64,000 bases of DNA from a virus (Duplodnaviria; Heunggongvirae; Uroviricota; Caudoviricetes): the IMG/VR virus record IMGVR_UViG_3300028591_000077; one strand, given 5' to 3'. Both the position numbers and the translations under genes were made by a program. The notes beneath the pieces were generated by a model. That model was not told where the DNA came from, ran no database searches, and saw nothing but the letters and a program-made list of their open reading frames with translations. Positions 1 to 9,874 of the stretch are shown here, one piece after another (position 1 is the first letter of the stretch; each line of letters opens with the position of its first letter).

Positions 1-635
1 AGGATTTTTGCATTAGACGCTATAAAGTAGAAAAACTTTATGATTATGCCAGAATCCCAGACTCTAAGAGACCACATCTTACTTTAAGGGTAGATGCCAA
101 TGGAGTTGATTTGGCAGAGTTCCAAAGATTAGCTGAAATAGAAAAAAACATTGAAAGCTTCGTAAAGGAAGGCAGAAATATATATTTGCATTCTCCATAT
201 TGTGGGAATGGCAAGACTTCCTGGGCGTTAAGATTAATTAAATCTTATATTAATGCTATTTGGCCTAAAGCTACCTTGGAATGCAAAGCATTGTTTATCA
301 ATGTCCCTAAGTTCTTATTGGATTTGAAGGATGAGATTGGCAGAAATGCAAAAGACCCAGAGTTAGACAAACTTCGTCAAGATATCGATGAAGCTGACAT
401 TGTGGTTTGGGATGATATTGGCACAAAGCCCGGTTCTGAGTATGAATTAAATCAACTTCTAAGCAGAATCGACAAACGTGCATATAATCGTAAATCAAAT
501 ATTTTTACGACTAACTTAAACCCTGAACAGTTAGAAGTTTTAGTCGGTTCAAGGCTAAAAAGCAGAATATGCAATGCGTCAGAAGATATTGAGCTTCATG
601 GCGCCGATAAAAGATCATGGGATGTAGGAGATTAA
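1..635 (+). CDS. DnaC/IstB-like AAA ATPase (helicase loader), 5' truncated by window
   Basis: Frame open from base 3; Walker A CGNGKT, Walker B VVWDDIG, TTN and GSRLKSRI motifs; directly upstream of helicase. Confidence 0.85.
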   Translation, partial: DFCIRRYKVEKLYDYARIPDSKRPHLTLRVDANGVDLAEFQRLAEIEKNIESFVKEGRNIYLHSPYCGNGKTSWALRLIKSYINAIWPKATLECKALFINVPKFLLDLKDEIGRNAKDPELDKLRQDIDEADIVVWDDIGTKPGSEYELNQLLSRIDKRAYNRKSNIFTTNLNPEQLEVLVGSRLKSRICNASEDIELHGADKRSWDVGD

Positions 636-639
636 TAAA

Positions 640-1950
640 ATGGTAGCACAAGCGCAAATTTTAAATAAAATTTTAAATACGAAAGATTTCTCCATCATAA
701 CTGAGAACGGCATTACGGCTGATTACTTCCCAGATTATAAAGCAGAATTCAACTATATCAAAAACCATTATGATACTTATAACGTTGTCCCAGACTTATT
801 GACTTTCTTAAATATCTATCCTAACTTCGCTACAACCGAAGTCAGAGAACCAGATTCATATTTAGTCAATGAGCTAGTTAGAGACTATAACGTCGGCAAA
901 GGTGCTGCAGCATTTAATTTATATAAAGACTTAGTTGAAAGCGGTAGACCAGAAGAAGCACTTAGGGTTTTGAAAGAAAGTGTAGAGAACATTCAAGTAT
1001 CAAATACATTTACTTGCACCAACTTATTAACGGATAAAAGTCGTTATGATCACTATCTTGAAAAAACAGAAGACCCAAAGAAATACTACTTCAGCACTGG
1101 TTTCAAAGAACTAGATGACCTAATTGGCGGTATCGACAAAGAAAACGAAAATATGGTTATCGTTGCCAGAACTGGTATCGGTAAATCGTGGACTTTGATT
1201 AAGATGGCCGTTGCAGCATCAGCGCAAGGCAAACGAGTTGGCATTTTCTCAGGTGAAATGACCACTGATAAAGTTGGTTATCGTGTTGATACCTTGTTAG
1301 GGCATATTAATAACAAAGATATTATGCGTGGCAATTTGTATTCGCAACGTGCCTATAAGCAATATATCGATGGCCTCAATGAACGTGGTTTAGGCGAAAT
1401 CTTCGTCTTAACTCCAGCAGATTTAGCCGGTCCAGCAACTGCGGCCACTATGCAGGCGTTTATTGAAAAATACAACTTAGAGATCTTATTCATCGACCAG
1501 TATTCATTGCTTGAAGACACAAGCCATGCAAAAGCAAGCTGGGAAAGAGTAGGCAACATCTCTAAAGCAATCAAAACGCTTCAAGTAAAGAAGAAGATTC
1601 CTATTATTTCAGTAGCTCAGATGAATCGTTCTAAAAATGAAGACGGCACCAAAGACACGACTCAAATCGGCTTAGCCGATAGAATCGGTCAAGACGCAAC
1701 CGTTGTATTAATGCTTGATAAGACCGATGAAAAAGCACCTGACGGTGAACAAACCGGATACTATTTATTCGAAATCGATCCAGTCAAAGTCCGTGATGGT
1801 GGCGAAGGTAAAAAGCTTAAATACAGAGCAGACTTCAACTTAGGAACATTTGAATACATTAACGAAGACGAAAGAATGTCTAAAGAAGCAGTTCAATCGG
1901 CTATTGCTGCTTATGAAGACCCAATTGATAAACCAGGTAATCCATTTTAA
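640..1950 (+). CDS. dnaB: DnaB-like replicative helicase
   Basis: STGFKELDDLIGG, ARTGIGKS Walker A, FSGEM, FIDQY, AQMNR, IGQDA. Confidence 0.93.
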   Translation: MVAQAQILNKILNTKDFSIITENGITADYFPDYKAEFNYIKNHYDTYNVVPDLLTFLNIYPNFATTEVREPDSYLVNELVRDYNVGKGAAAFNLYKDLVESGRPEEALRVLKESVENIQVSNTFTCTNLLTDKSRYDHYLEKTEDPKKYYFSTGFKELDDLIGGIDKENENMVIVARTGIGKSWTLIKMAVAASAQGKRVGIFSGEMTTDKVGYRVDTLLGHINNKDIMRGNLYSQRAYKQYIDGLNERGLGEIFVLTPADLAGPATAATMQAFIEKYNLEILFIDQYSLLEDTSHAKASWERVGNISKAIKTLQVKKKIPIISVAQMNRSKNEDGTKDTTQIGLADRIGQDATVVLMLDKTDEKAPDGEQTGYYLFEIDPVKVRDGGEGKKLKYRADFNLGTFEYINEDERMSKEAVQSAIAAYEDPIDKPGNPF

Positions 1951-2924
1951 TGAGAACAGTTAGAATAAATAATTACATCTTAGACGCACCAATCAAACAG
2001 ATACTAGAAGAATTAAGACTTACGTTAACAAACGGTAAGCTCAAGGATATTGAGCCAAAAGGCGATAATATTCTAGTAACCTGTCCGCATCATGGCGATG
2101 GCCGCGAAGCAAAGCCTGCATGTAATATCTATGTAGGCGATGATAAGAATATTGAATTCGGCTATTTTAGATGTTTCGTTTGTGAAGAACAAGGTTCCTT
2201 CGTTAAATTCGTAAGTGAATGCTTTAATTCATCTGAAGAGTTCGCAAGAGATTGGCTAATTGAACATTATGGTAAATTAGTCGAGAAAACAATCCAATTA
2301 GGAGATAAAATAGACCCTAAGAGAGCGATTCAAAATAGAAAGCTTTATCCAAAGACCTATGATAAAAGCTCCTTAGATGGATACCAAAGCTATTGTCCTT
2401 ATTTAGCTCAAAGAAAAATTTCACAAGAAATCTGTGAGCTGTTTAAGGTAAAATATGACCCAAAATTCAGACAGATTATATTTCCTTGTTTTGACAGATT
2501 CGGCAATATAATCATGTTACCTAAAAGGTCCATTGACACTAAAACGTTCTATTTAGACAAAGACGTTGAAAAACCTGTGTATTGCCTCCATGTTATTCAA
2601 AAGAATAACGTTGAAGTGGCGATGATTACAGAAGGACCATTCGATACTTTGACAGGTTGGGAATACGGTATGCCGACAATTGGAACGTTCGGCAATCCAT
2701 CTGATTTCCAAATCGACCAAATAAACAAATCTGGGCTTAAAGTCTTATACTTTGCATTTGACAATGACGATGCCGGTAGAAGATTCTCTCAGATTGTAAA
2801 AAGAAAGCTGGACAGACGAATAATGATTCGCGAACTAAAATTCCCAGCGAATAAAAAAGATGTTAACGACTTATCATATGAAGAATTTCAAGCAGCGTTG
2901 CGAACTGCTAAAAATAACGCATAA
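1950..2924 (+). CDS. dnaG: DNA primase (Zn finger + TOPRIM)
   Basis: CPHH...CFVC zinc finger; ITEGPFD and FDNDDAG TOPRIM motifs; KDVND. Confidence 0.92.
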   Translation: MRTVRINNYILDAPIKQILEELRLTLTNGKLKDIEPKGDNILVTCPHHGDGREAKPACNIYVGDDKNIEFGYFRCFVCEEQGSFVKFVSECFNSSEEFARDWLIEHYGKLVEKTIQLGDKIDPKRAIQNRKLYPKTYDKSSLDGYQSYCPYLAQRKISQEICELFKVKYDPKFRQIIFPCFDRFGNIIMLPKRSIDTKTFYLDKDVEKPVYCLHVIQKNNVEVAMITEGPFDTLTGWEYGMPTIGTFGNPSDFQIDQINKSGLKVLYFAFDNDDAGRRFSQIVKRKLDRRIMIRELKFPANKKDVNDLSYEEFQAALRTAKNNA

Positions 2925-2930
2925 TAAGTC

Positions 2931-2940
2931 GTATAATATA
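2931..2940 (+). promoter_or_regulatory. GTATAATAWA early/middle promoter-like motif (copies at 3911, 7559, 11472 variant, 11920, 16181, 17433, 18512, 24261, 38635, 51189)
   Basis: Same TATAAT-containing 10-mer recurs just upstream of gene starts, often right after a terminator hairpin. Confidence 0.75.
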
Positions 2941-2995
2941 GCAATGGTGCCTTAAACCATAAAAGATACTCAAACGATATAAAGGAGATACAAAA

Positions 2996-3865
2996 GTGAG
3001 TAAATTTAATTTCAATGATTATCAAAAGGTAATCGAAAGAGCACAAAACGGCGGCTCTAACGCTGTTAAAGTCGGATTCTTCAAACTTAAAGATGATGGT
3101 GATGAAGCACTCGTCAGAATTAACTGTGGTAAGCTTGAAGACCTTGATTTCGCGACAGTTCACACTGTTCAAGCTGATGGCAAGTGGATGAGAGTCAGCT
3201 GCTTAAATCCTCTCGGATCTTATGGCGATAACTGCCCACTCTGCACTGCTCAAGCAAATGGCAACGCTACCATTTCCAAAGCAAGCAAGAAAGTCTATGT
3301 TCAAATGCTTTGTTCCTACAAAGATAAGGCCTCTGGACAATTCTCAGCCGCTGTTCCAGTAATTTGGGAACGTCCTGCATCCTTCTCTAAGGATATCGCC
3401 AACAAACTTCGTGACTTTGGAGACCTTCGCAACGTCGTCCTTAAGATCACCCGTAACGGCAAAGCCGGTGATATGAAGACCACATATGACTTAGGCTATG
3501 TCCCAGTCTATGACAAACCAGAATTTGTCGCCGCTGATTTCGGTGCCTTCACTAATTTCAATATTGCAAAGCACAGCTATTGGGAAAAGACTGCCGATGA
3601 ATTAGCCGTCTTCTTACAAACCGGCTCATTCCCAGAAGTTACTAAGACTTCTGCTACTACTGCAACTCCAGCTCCTGCAACTGTTGCACCAGCTCCAGCT
3701 GTTACCCCAGCCGCTGCTCCAGTCGCAACTCCTGCACCAGCACCTGTTGCCACAGAAACCCCAGTTGCACCTGTCACTCCTGCAGCTGCCCCAGCTTCAC
3801 AAGAAGCTGCTCCAGCACCTGCCAATGAGCGTCCAGCCCGTAACTTCACCGGATTCTCATTTTAG
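2996..3865 (+). CDS. Single-stranded DNA-binding protein (gp32-like)
   Basis: GTG start after AGGAG; GFFKLKDDG, C-x-CPLC Zn site, ITRNGKAGDMKTTY; Ala/Pro/Thr linker and aromatic tail FSF; lies between primase and polymerase. Confidence 0.8.
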   Translation: MSKFNFNDYQKVIERAQNGGSNAVKVGFFKLKDDGDEALVRINCGKLEDLDFATVHTVQADGKWMRVSCLNPLGSYGDNCPLCTAQANGNATISKASKKVYVQMLCSYKDKASGQFSAAVPVIWERPASFSKDIANKLRDFGDLRNVVLKITRNGKAGDMKTTYDLGYVPVYDKPEFVAADFGAFTNFNIAKHSYWEKTADELAVFLQTGSFPEVTKTSATTATPAPATVAPAPAVTPAAAPVATPAPAPVATETPVAPVTPAAAPASQEAAPAPANERPARNFTGFSF

Positions 3866-3881
3866 TAGAGAATAAAACAAA

Positions 3882-3906
3882 AAAGGGGTCATTTTATGGC
3901 CCCTTT
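3882..3906 (+). terminator. Intrinsic terminator hairpin
   Basis: aaaggggtcat-ttt-atggccccttt after the SSB stop. Confidence 0.7.
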
Positions 3907-3945
3907 CATTGTATAATATTATATAGCTAGCAAGAGGAGGCATTT

Positions 3946-6900
3946 ATGTCAGGATTATTTGGTGATGAATTTGAAATAACACTAAAAAAACAAGATATAA
4001 ACGGTCTAATTAAAAAAGCTAATAATGTTAAAGAGGAAGAAGACAACGTTAAGAAGATTCTTAAATCTAGCGTTGTTTCTCTTGATGAACGCCTAGCGAT
4101 TATCAAACAAAGAGTCTTAGAAACATTAGGCAAGCAAACCAAGAACGTATTGGTTATTAAAGACCGTGAAACATTACATAATTATATTTCGGACTGCATT
4201 AAAGCTGGCCGTATCGCAATCGATACCGAAACTAATAACAGCTTGGACCCAGTTACATGTAAGCTTATGGGCCCATGTTTTTACGCGCCTGGTTTAAAGC
4301 AAGCCTATGTTCCTCTTAACCACGTCGACCCTAAGACGCATAAAAGACTCGAATGGCAATTAACAGAAAAAGATATTAGGGAAGAATTAACCCGTATTCT
4401 TTGTTTTAGAAAAGCCCTTCGTGGCGGTTGGATTCCAGATTATGAAGGCCAAAGCTATAACGAATGGTATCAACTTCATGTAGGCAGCCAACAATATCCG
4501 CTTGCTGATTATAAGATCATCATGCATAACGGCAAGTTCGACTATGAAGTTCTAAAATGCACTTGCGGTATCGAGGTCTCACCTGACTGGGATACGATTA
4601 TCGGTGCAAGAATCTTAGACGAAAATGAATTTGCTGACGCTAAGACTAGCTTAAAATATATTTATACAAAATATATTGATCCTTCTCAAGCAAAATATGA
4701 TATTGAAGAATTGTTTGAGAATATTCAATATTCTTTAGTCGATCCTGAAATCTTCGCATTATACGCCGCTACTGACTCTATGATGACAGATAAGGTCTAC
4801 TTACTTGAAATCGAAAGATTCGATAATCCAATGTATGCTGCACATACCAGAAAAGCTGGCGATATCACTTTGACTATCCCAGGTTTAAAGTGGGTTTTCG
4901 AGAATATCGAAATGCCTATCGTCACCGTTACCGCAGAAATGGAATTAGCCGGTGTCTGTGTCGATACTGTTTTCGGTGAAAGACTTAAATACAAATATAA
5001 CGAACAATTAACTGCGCTCGATAATAAAATCAGCGCTCAAATGAATATCTTAAAGCCTCTTATCAAATATTGGAAGCTTTTACCTTTGGCTAATAGAAAG
5101 ACTAAGGTCTTCCAACCTAAGAAATCAAAGCTTTCTATTTCTAAAATCGAAGAGAAATATCCATATCTCGATTTAGAAACTGGTAAGAGATATAAGTGGG
5201 GCAAAGCAAAAGCCCTTCAAATCGGCGATGAAATTAGCCTTTCTTCTCCAACTCAATTAGCCATCTTATTCTATGATATCTTTAAGTGCCCAGCTCCTTC
5301 AACCAAAAAGCCAAGAGGCACGGGTGAAGACGAATTAATCAAGTTGTCTGAGAACTTAAAAGAATACGCTGATATTGTAAACAAGTCTTTAAGGGTTATC
5401 GAAAAAGATTTACGTGCATCTCGTGATGAAAAGAATGACGACGCTTTAGCAGAAGGTGAAGAAGACGAAACAGTAGCAGTTCAAGATGAAAAGAAGTCTT
5501 ATGAAGAAGAAGCAATGAGCTTATTCTATGACGAGACAGAACAAATCGGCGATGAAGAAGAAACTAAAGAAGTCGCTGATACTGGAATTTCGGTTCAAAT
5601 AACCAATAATATGTCTAATCAAGAGATTAAGACACTTATCGAAGAATTGACTCCATTCTATATCGCTGGCGCTCAAGCTCTACAAGCAATGTGTCAAGCT
5701 ATTATAGATCGTCGTGGAATTATGAAGTTAATCACTACTTATATCGACGTCATTCCTGACCTTTCTAAGCACTGGCCAGACGGACGTATTAGATTCCACC
5801 TCAATTCCATGGGAACGGACACTGGCCGTTATTCTTCAGGCGGTAAGTTAAAGTTCTTTGAAAACGACAAACCAGTCGTCGTTTCTGGTATTAACATTCA
5901 GAACATTCCTTCTCACAATAAAGAGATTCGTATGCTCTTCAAAGCGCAAGTATTCAAGAATGTAATTAATGTCGAAGAAGGCGTAGGTTTCGATGTTCCA
6001 GAAATCGCCGAAGTCGAAACAAATAATGGATTCAAGTTCTGCAAAGACTTGACACCTAATGATAAATTAATCTTTAGCGAAGGCGAAATCGCTGATATTC
6101 AAGTTATCAAATACAATGAAGCTTTAAAGACTTATACCTTATATTCTAATAATGCAGGTAAATTAAAGACCCAAACGAGATATAGAATTATCGGCTCTGA
6201 CTATTCTGCCCAAGAACCAAGACTTACGGCTTACATGTCTCAGGACCCAGAGATGATTAAAGCATACAATGAAGGTAAAGACCTTTATGCCGTTATCGCC
6301 CAAGCTATGTTTAAGAATAAGTATGAAGACAATCTTGAGTTCTATCCAGAAGGCACAGAAATTGAGCTTGACGGCAAAAAGATTGTCTGCGGTAAAAAGA
6401 CGCACTTACACAAAGCAGGTAAAGAAAGACGTGCCAAAGCAAAGACTATGTTGTTAGCTATTTTATACGGTATGTCTCCAAAAACAGCTGGAATCCGTAT
6501 GGGATATAGCGCAAAAGAAGCTCAAAAAGCTGGACAGGAATTAATGGACGGCTTCTTCATGAAGTTCAAAAGCGTTAGAGCCTTAATGGATGACTCAAAG
6601 AACGATTTAATTGAAAAAGGCTATGTTGAAGACTGGGCAGGAAGAGAACGTCGTTTACCTGACATCGAATACCAAAAAACCGGTCACTTATATGAAGCCA
6701 GACTTAAAGATGGCGATAGATTCAATCCATTCTTAGAGTGTGAAGACAATATTGAGGCTTTCCCAGAAGAAAGATTCTGGAATGGCGTTATTGCCGCTTA
6801 TGCTGATTTGTCTGCTAAAGACCATGAAAAGCGTGGCGAAGCATACCGTAAAGGTGAAATGTCTAACAAGACTTATGAATGGCTTGCCAGAGTTGCGTTA

Positions 6901-7545
6901 AACCCAGATAAGATGAGAAATCTTCCAAGATATTTAGGTGATGATGCAACCGGTAAGAAAGCAAATCCTAAGTCATTTGACAAGCTCTATGAAGACTGCG
7001 GCGCATATTTGGGTTGCAGAACCAGAGAGGCTTTTGATAAGATCTTCCCTAAGAAAGCGGTTATCTTATCTGCCTTCACTGGAAGAGTCGCACAAGCTGA
7101 ACGTCAATGCTTAAACGCTAGAATTCAAGGCGGTGCCGCTTCACTTACCAAATTGGCGATGGTTAATATCTTTAACGATGAAGAGCTTAGAAGACTTCAA
7201 GCAAAATTAATCATTACCGTTCACGATGAAGTCTTAGTCGAATGTCCAGCATTATATGCGGATAAGGTCGAGAAGAGACTTCCACAAATCATGATTGATA
7301 CAGCAAAGCCATTCATCAACGTTCCAATGTCTTGTGACCCTTATAACGTTTCAAGATGGTATTGCGATGAAGCCGCTGTTTCCGTCAGAGAAGAATTCAA
7401 AAAATTCGAAGCAGGAAACAAAGATAAAGGCATTGCTCCAATGACACGTGAAGAAGCATTAGAGGCAACATTTAAAAAGCACCCAGAATTACCTGAATCT
7501 TGCATTATAAGCACAATTGAGCAAGGCTCAGACCTAGAGTTTTAA
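3946..7545 (+). CDS. polA: Family A DNA polymerase with 3'-5' exonuclease and large insertions
   Basis: ExoI IDTET, ExoII HNGKFD, ExoIII YAATD; TGRYSS, NIQNIP, motif A DYSAQEPR, motif B RAKAKTMLLAILYG, NARIQG, motif C VHDE. Confidence 0.95.
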   Translation: MSGLFGDEFEITLKKQDINGLIKKANNVKEEEDNVKKILKSSVVSLDERLAIIKQRVLETLGKQTKNVLVIKDRETLHNYISDCIKAGRIAIDTETNNSLDPVTCKLMGPCFYAPGLKQAYVPLNHVDPKTHKRLEWQLTEKDIREELTRILCFRKALRGGWIPDYEGQSYNEWYQLHVGSQQYPLADYKIIMHNGKFDYEVLKCTCGIEVSPDWDTIIGARILDENEFADAKTSLKYIYTKYIDPSQAKYDIEELFENIQYSLVDPEIFALYAATDSMMTDKVYLLEIERFDNPMYAAHTRKAGDITLTIPGLKWVFENIEMPIVTVTAEMELAGVCVDTVFGERLKYKYNEQLTALDNKISAQMNILKPLIKYWKLLPLANRKTKVFQPKKSKLSISKIEEKYPYLDLETGKRYKWGKAKALQIGDEISLSSPTQLAILFYDIFKCPAPSTKKPRGTGEDELIKLSENLKEYADIVNKSLRVIEKDLRASRDEKNDDALAEGEEDETVAVQDEKKSYEEEAMSLFYDETEQIGDEEETKEVADTGISVQITNNMSNQEIKTLIEELTPFYIAGAQALQAMCQAIIDRRGIMKLITTYIDVIPDLSKHWPDGRIRFHLNSMGTDTGRYSSGGKLKFFENDKPVVVSGINIQNIPSHNKEIRMLFKAQVFKNVINVEEGVGFDVPEIAEVETNNGFKFCKDLTPNDKLIFSEGEIADIQVIKYNEALKTYTLYSNNAGKLKTQTRYRIIGSDYSAQEPRLTAYMSQDPEMIKAYNEGKDLYAVIAQAMFKNKYEDNLEFYPEGTEIELDGKKIVCGKKTHLHKAGKERRAKAKTMLLAILYGMSPKTAGIRMGYSAKEAQKAGQELMDGFFMKFKSVRALMDDSKNDLIEKGYVEDWAGRERRLPDIEYQKTGHLYEARLKDGDRFNPFLECEDNIEAFPEERFWNGVIAAYADLSAKDHEKRGEAYRKGEMSNKTYEWLARVALNPDKMRNLPRYLGDDATGKKANPKSFDKLYEDCGAYLGCRTREAFDKIFPKKAVILSAFTGRVAQAERQCLNARIQGGAASLTKLAMVNIFNDEELRRLQAKLIITVHDEVLVECPALYADKVEKRLPQIMIDTAKPFINVPMSCDPYNVSRWYCDEAAVSVREEFKKFEAGNKDKGIAPMTREEALEATFKKHPELPESCIISTIEQGSDLEF

Positions 7546-7586
7546 TAACGATAATATCGTATAATATAAAGGAGAAAAAACGATAC

Positions 7587-8726
7587 ATGATAATCAAAAC
7601 AAAGCAATTCCAAGAAGTAGCGAACAAAATTCTTTTAGCCGCGGGTTTAGATGAAAAAGCGGCTAACTTAGAAATCGTTGTAAAAAACAGCTTCTTATAT
7701 CTAAACGTCACCAATAAAGAATATTATGTTTCAATTAAGTTCGAATTAGAGCAACCTGAAGAATTCAGAGCTGTTGTAGATGCATCTTTATTCTTAAACC
7801 TTATCTCTGGCTTAACTGTCGAAGAGTTCGAATTAACAATTAAAGACGGTTCCGTAAACGTGTCAGCCGGCAAGAGCAACTATAAGCTTGCTATGATTTA
7901 TGACAACGACAAATTAATGGAATTACCTATTATTTTCGTCAAAGAACCTACTGTTGAGATGAATATTAGCAATGATATTCTTACAAGTATTCTCAACGTC
8001 AACAGCAAAGAGCTCTTAAAAGTCAAGAAGGTTGATGTAAACGAACTTCAACGTTTATATTATATTGATGAAACTGGTTGTTTTACATTTACAACCGGTG
8101 CATGCTTAAACTCTTTTAAATTAGAAAAGCCTATCAAACTCTTATTAAATGATAGAATCGTCAAATTATTCAAGTTATTCGATAGCGATGTCCATTTCTT
8201 ATTCGGACATGAAGAATTGCCAGACGGCAATACACGTTCTAAAGCTTCCTTCCAAGCCGATAACGTCTATATGGCCGCTATCTTGACTTGCGATGATTTG
8301 TTATTAAGCAAGGTCCAAGGTCCATGCAACGCAACTAAGAGATTTATTTCAGACGCATATCAAAACCATATCGTCGTGTCATCAAATGCTCTTTCTGCTG
8401 CAATCGCCAGACTTCTCTTATTCACTAAAAACAGCGTTGAGAAAGCCAATATGTCGTATATTCCAGCTTTCTTCACGATTACGGTAGATGATATCATCAT
8501 TACTGATAGACAAGGAAATATGGAATCCGTTGCTGTTGAAAACGATACAGTCGTTCCTGAAGAAACATATTCTATGAAGCTTAACTTATTCGACTTAAAG
8601 CTTGCGTTAGACTCTTGCAAGAACGACCATATCACAATCAACTGTGGCAATCACAGATCAATTGTTATTAACCATGGCACAATCAGCAACCTTATTCCTG
8701 AAATCGGGGATAAGAAAAATGGCTAA
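7587..8726 (+). CDS. dnaN: Sliding clamp (DNA Pol III beta-like)
   Basis: 379 aa, beta-clamp-like size and repeating pattern; follows polymerase; clamp loader subunits nearby. Confidence 0.7.
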   Translation: MIIKTKQFQEVANKILLAAGLDEKAANLEIVVKNSFLYLNVTNKEYYVSIKFELEQPEEFRAVVDASLFLNLISGLTVEEFELTIKDGSVNVSAGKSNYKLAMIYDNDKLMELPIIFVKEPTVEMNISNDILTSILNVNSKELLKVKKVDVNELQRLYYIDETGCFTFTTGACLNSFKLEKPIKLLLNDRIVKLFKLFDSDVHFLFGHEELPDGNTRSKASFQADNVYMAAILTCDDLLLSKVQGPCNATKRFISDAYQNHIVVSSNALSAAIARLLLFTKNSVEKANMSYIPAFFTITVDDIIITDRQGNMESVAVENDTVVPEETYSMKLNLFDLKLALDSCKNDHITINCGNHRSIVINHGTISNLIPEIGDKKNG

Positions 8727-9192
8727 TAATAAAGGTAAGCAATTTGAACAAAAGTTCAAACAAGACTGATTAAGGACAATGCCTAATCCTTCGATAGACC
8801 GTCTATATGACACTACGAATGGATTTAAGGCAATCGTTAACATTTCAGACTTTATCGGATATAGTTACCCAAATATATTCTATTTAGAATGTAAATCACA
8901 TTTGGGAAACACATTCCCATTAGCGAATTTAACACAGTATGATAAGCTTGTAACAAAAGTTGGAATCAAAGGTGTTAGAGCTGGAATGATTCTATGATTC
9001 ATAGACCATGATAGAGTATGCTATGTTCCAATAAGTACAATTACAAAGATGAAAGCCGACGATAAAAAGTCAGTAAACGTTAAGATGTTAGATGATAAAT
9101 CGTATAATATCATAGAGATTCCTTCTGTAAAGAAAAGAGTATTCCTTGATTCAGATTATTCTTGTTTATTAAATCTAAAAGAAGGAGAATAG
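8719..9192 (+). CDS. recU: RecU-like Holliday junction resolvase (code 4)
   Basis: MANNKGKQFEQKFKQDW(TGA 8767)...SDFIGY...LECKS...GMILW(TGA 8995)F; ends TAG. Confidence 0.75.
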
Positions 9193-9203
9193 GAGAGATA
9201 CCA

Positions 9204-9740
9204 ATGGATAAAAAATTAGAAGATGCTTTAAATAAGGTAGAAATGACCTATAGAGACTTAGTTGAAGTGGCAAATGGCATGTTAGCTCCAATGTTTGACC
9301 CAATCAATGCTTTGGTTGGTGAAATCAATACCAAGGTTAATGCTATGCCTGTTGACCAAATCAGGGATTATATTTTACAGCTTCAACTCAAAGCATTTGA
9401 AATTGCTGAAACTAAAGAAAAAGCAGCACTTAAAGCTGAACTTGCAGAGGCAATTCAAAAAGAGCAATTCGCTATTAATTTTAATGGCATGGATGGTTCT
9501 GCTGCAGTTAAAGATAAGTTAGCATTAGTCGCTACTTCATCAGAAATCGTTGCAGAAACTCTATATAATCTTACTTCAAACTTACTTAAAACTAAGCTTG
9601 ATCAACTACATCGCCTTGTTGATGCTCTTAAATCAATTTTAATGAGCAGAATGCAAGAAACTAAGTTTATGAATATTGGTTCAACTCCTGACATCCCAGG
9701 AACTACTAATGGTAGAACTATTTTAAATGAGGCAAGATAA
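9204..9740 (+). CDS. Hypothetical coiled-coil protein (possible UvsY-like mediator)
   Basis: ATG 9204 after AGGAG; helical; upstream of recA. Confidence 0.5.
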   Translation: MDKKLEDALNKVEMTYRDLVEVANGMLAPMFDPINALVGEINTKVNAMPVDQIRDYILQLQLKAFEIAETKEKAALKAELAEAIQKEQFAINFNGMDGSAAVKDKLALVATSSEIVAETLYNLTSNLLKTKLDQLHRLVDALKSILMSRMQETKFMNIGSTPDIPGTTNGRTILNEAR

Positions 9741-9871
9741 TGGCGATTAAGACATTAAGAGAAGTAAAGCGAGACAGTGTTGTAAAACAAGCTCGCGCAA
9801 AGTCCAGAAACAGCATGGCTAAACAAAAAAGAGCTCGTGCATCATTAAGAAAGAAAACTTGGGGGTTTTAA
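9740..9871 (+). CDS. Small basic protein, 43 aa (not in ORF track)
   Basis: MAIKTLREVKRDSVVKQARAKSRNSMAKQKRARASLRKKTWGF; TAATG coupling, fills the gap to recA. Confidence 0.65.
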   Translation: MAIKTLREVKRDSVVKQARAKSRNSMAKQKRARASLRKKTWGF

Positions 9872-9874
9872 TAC

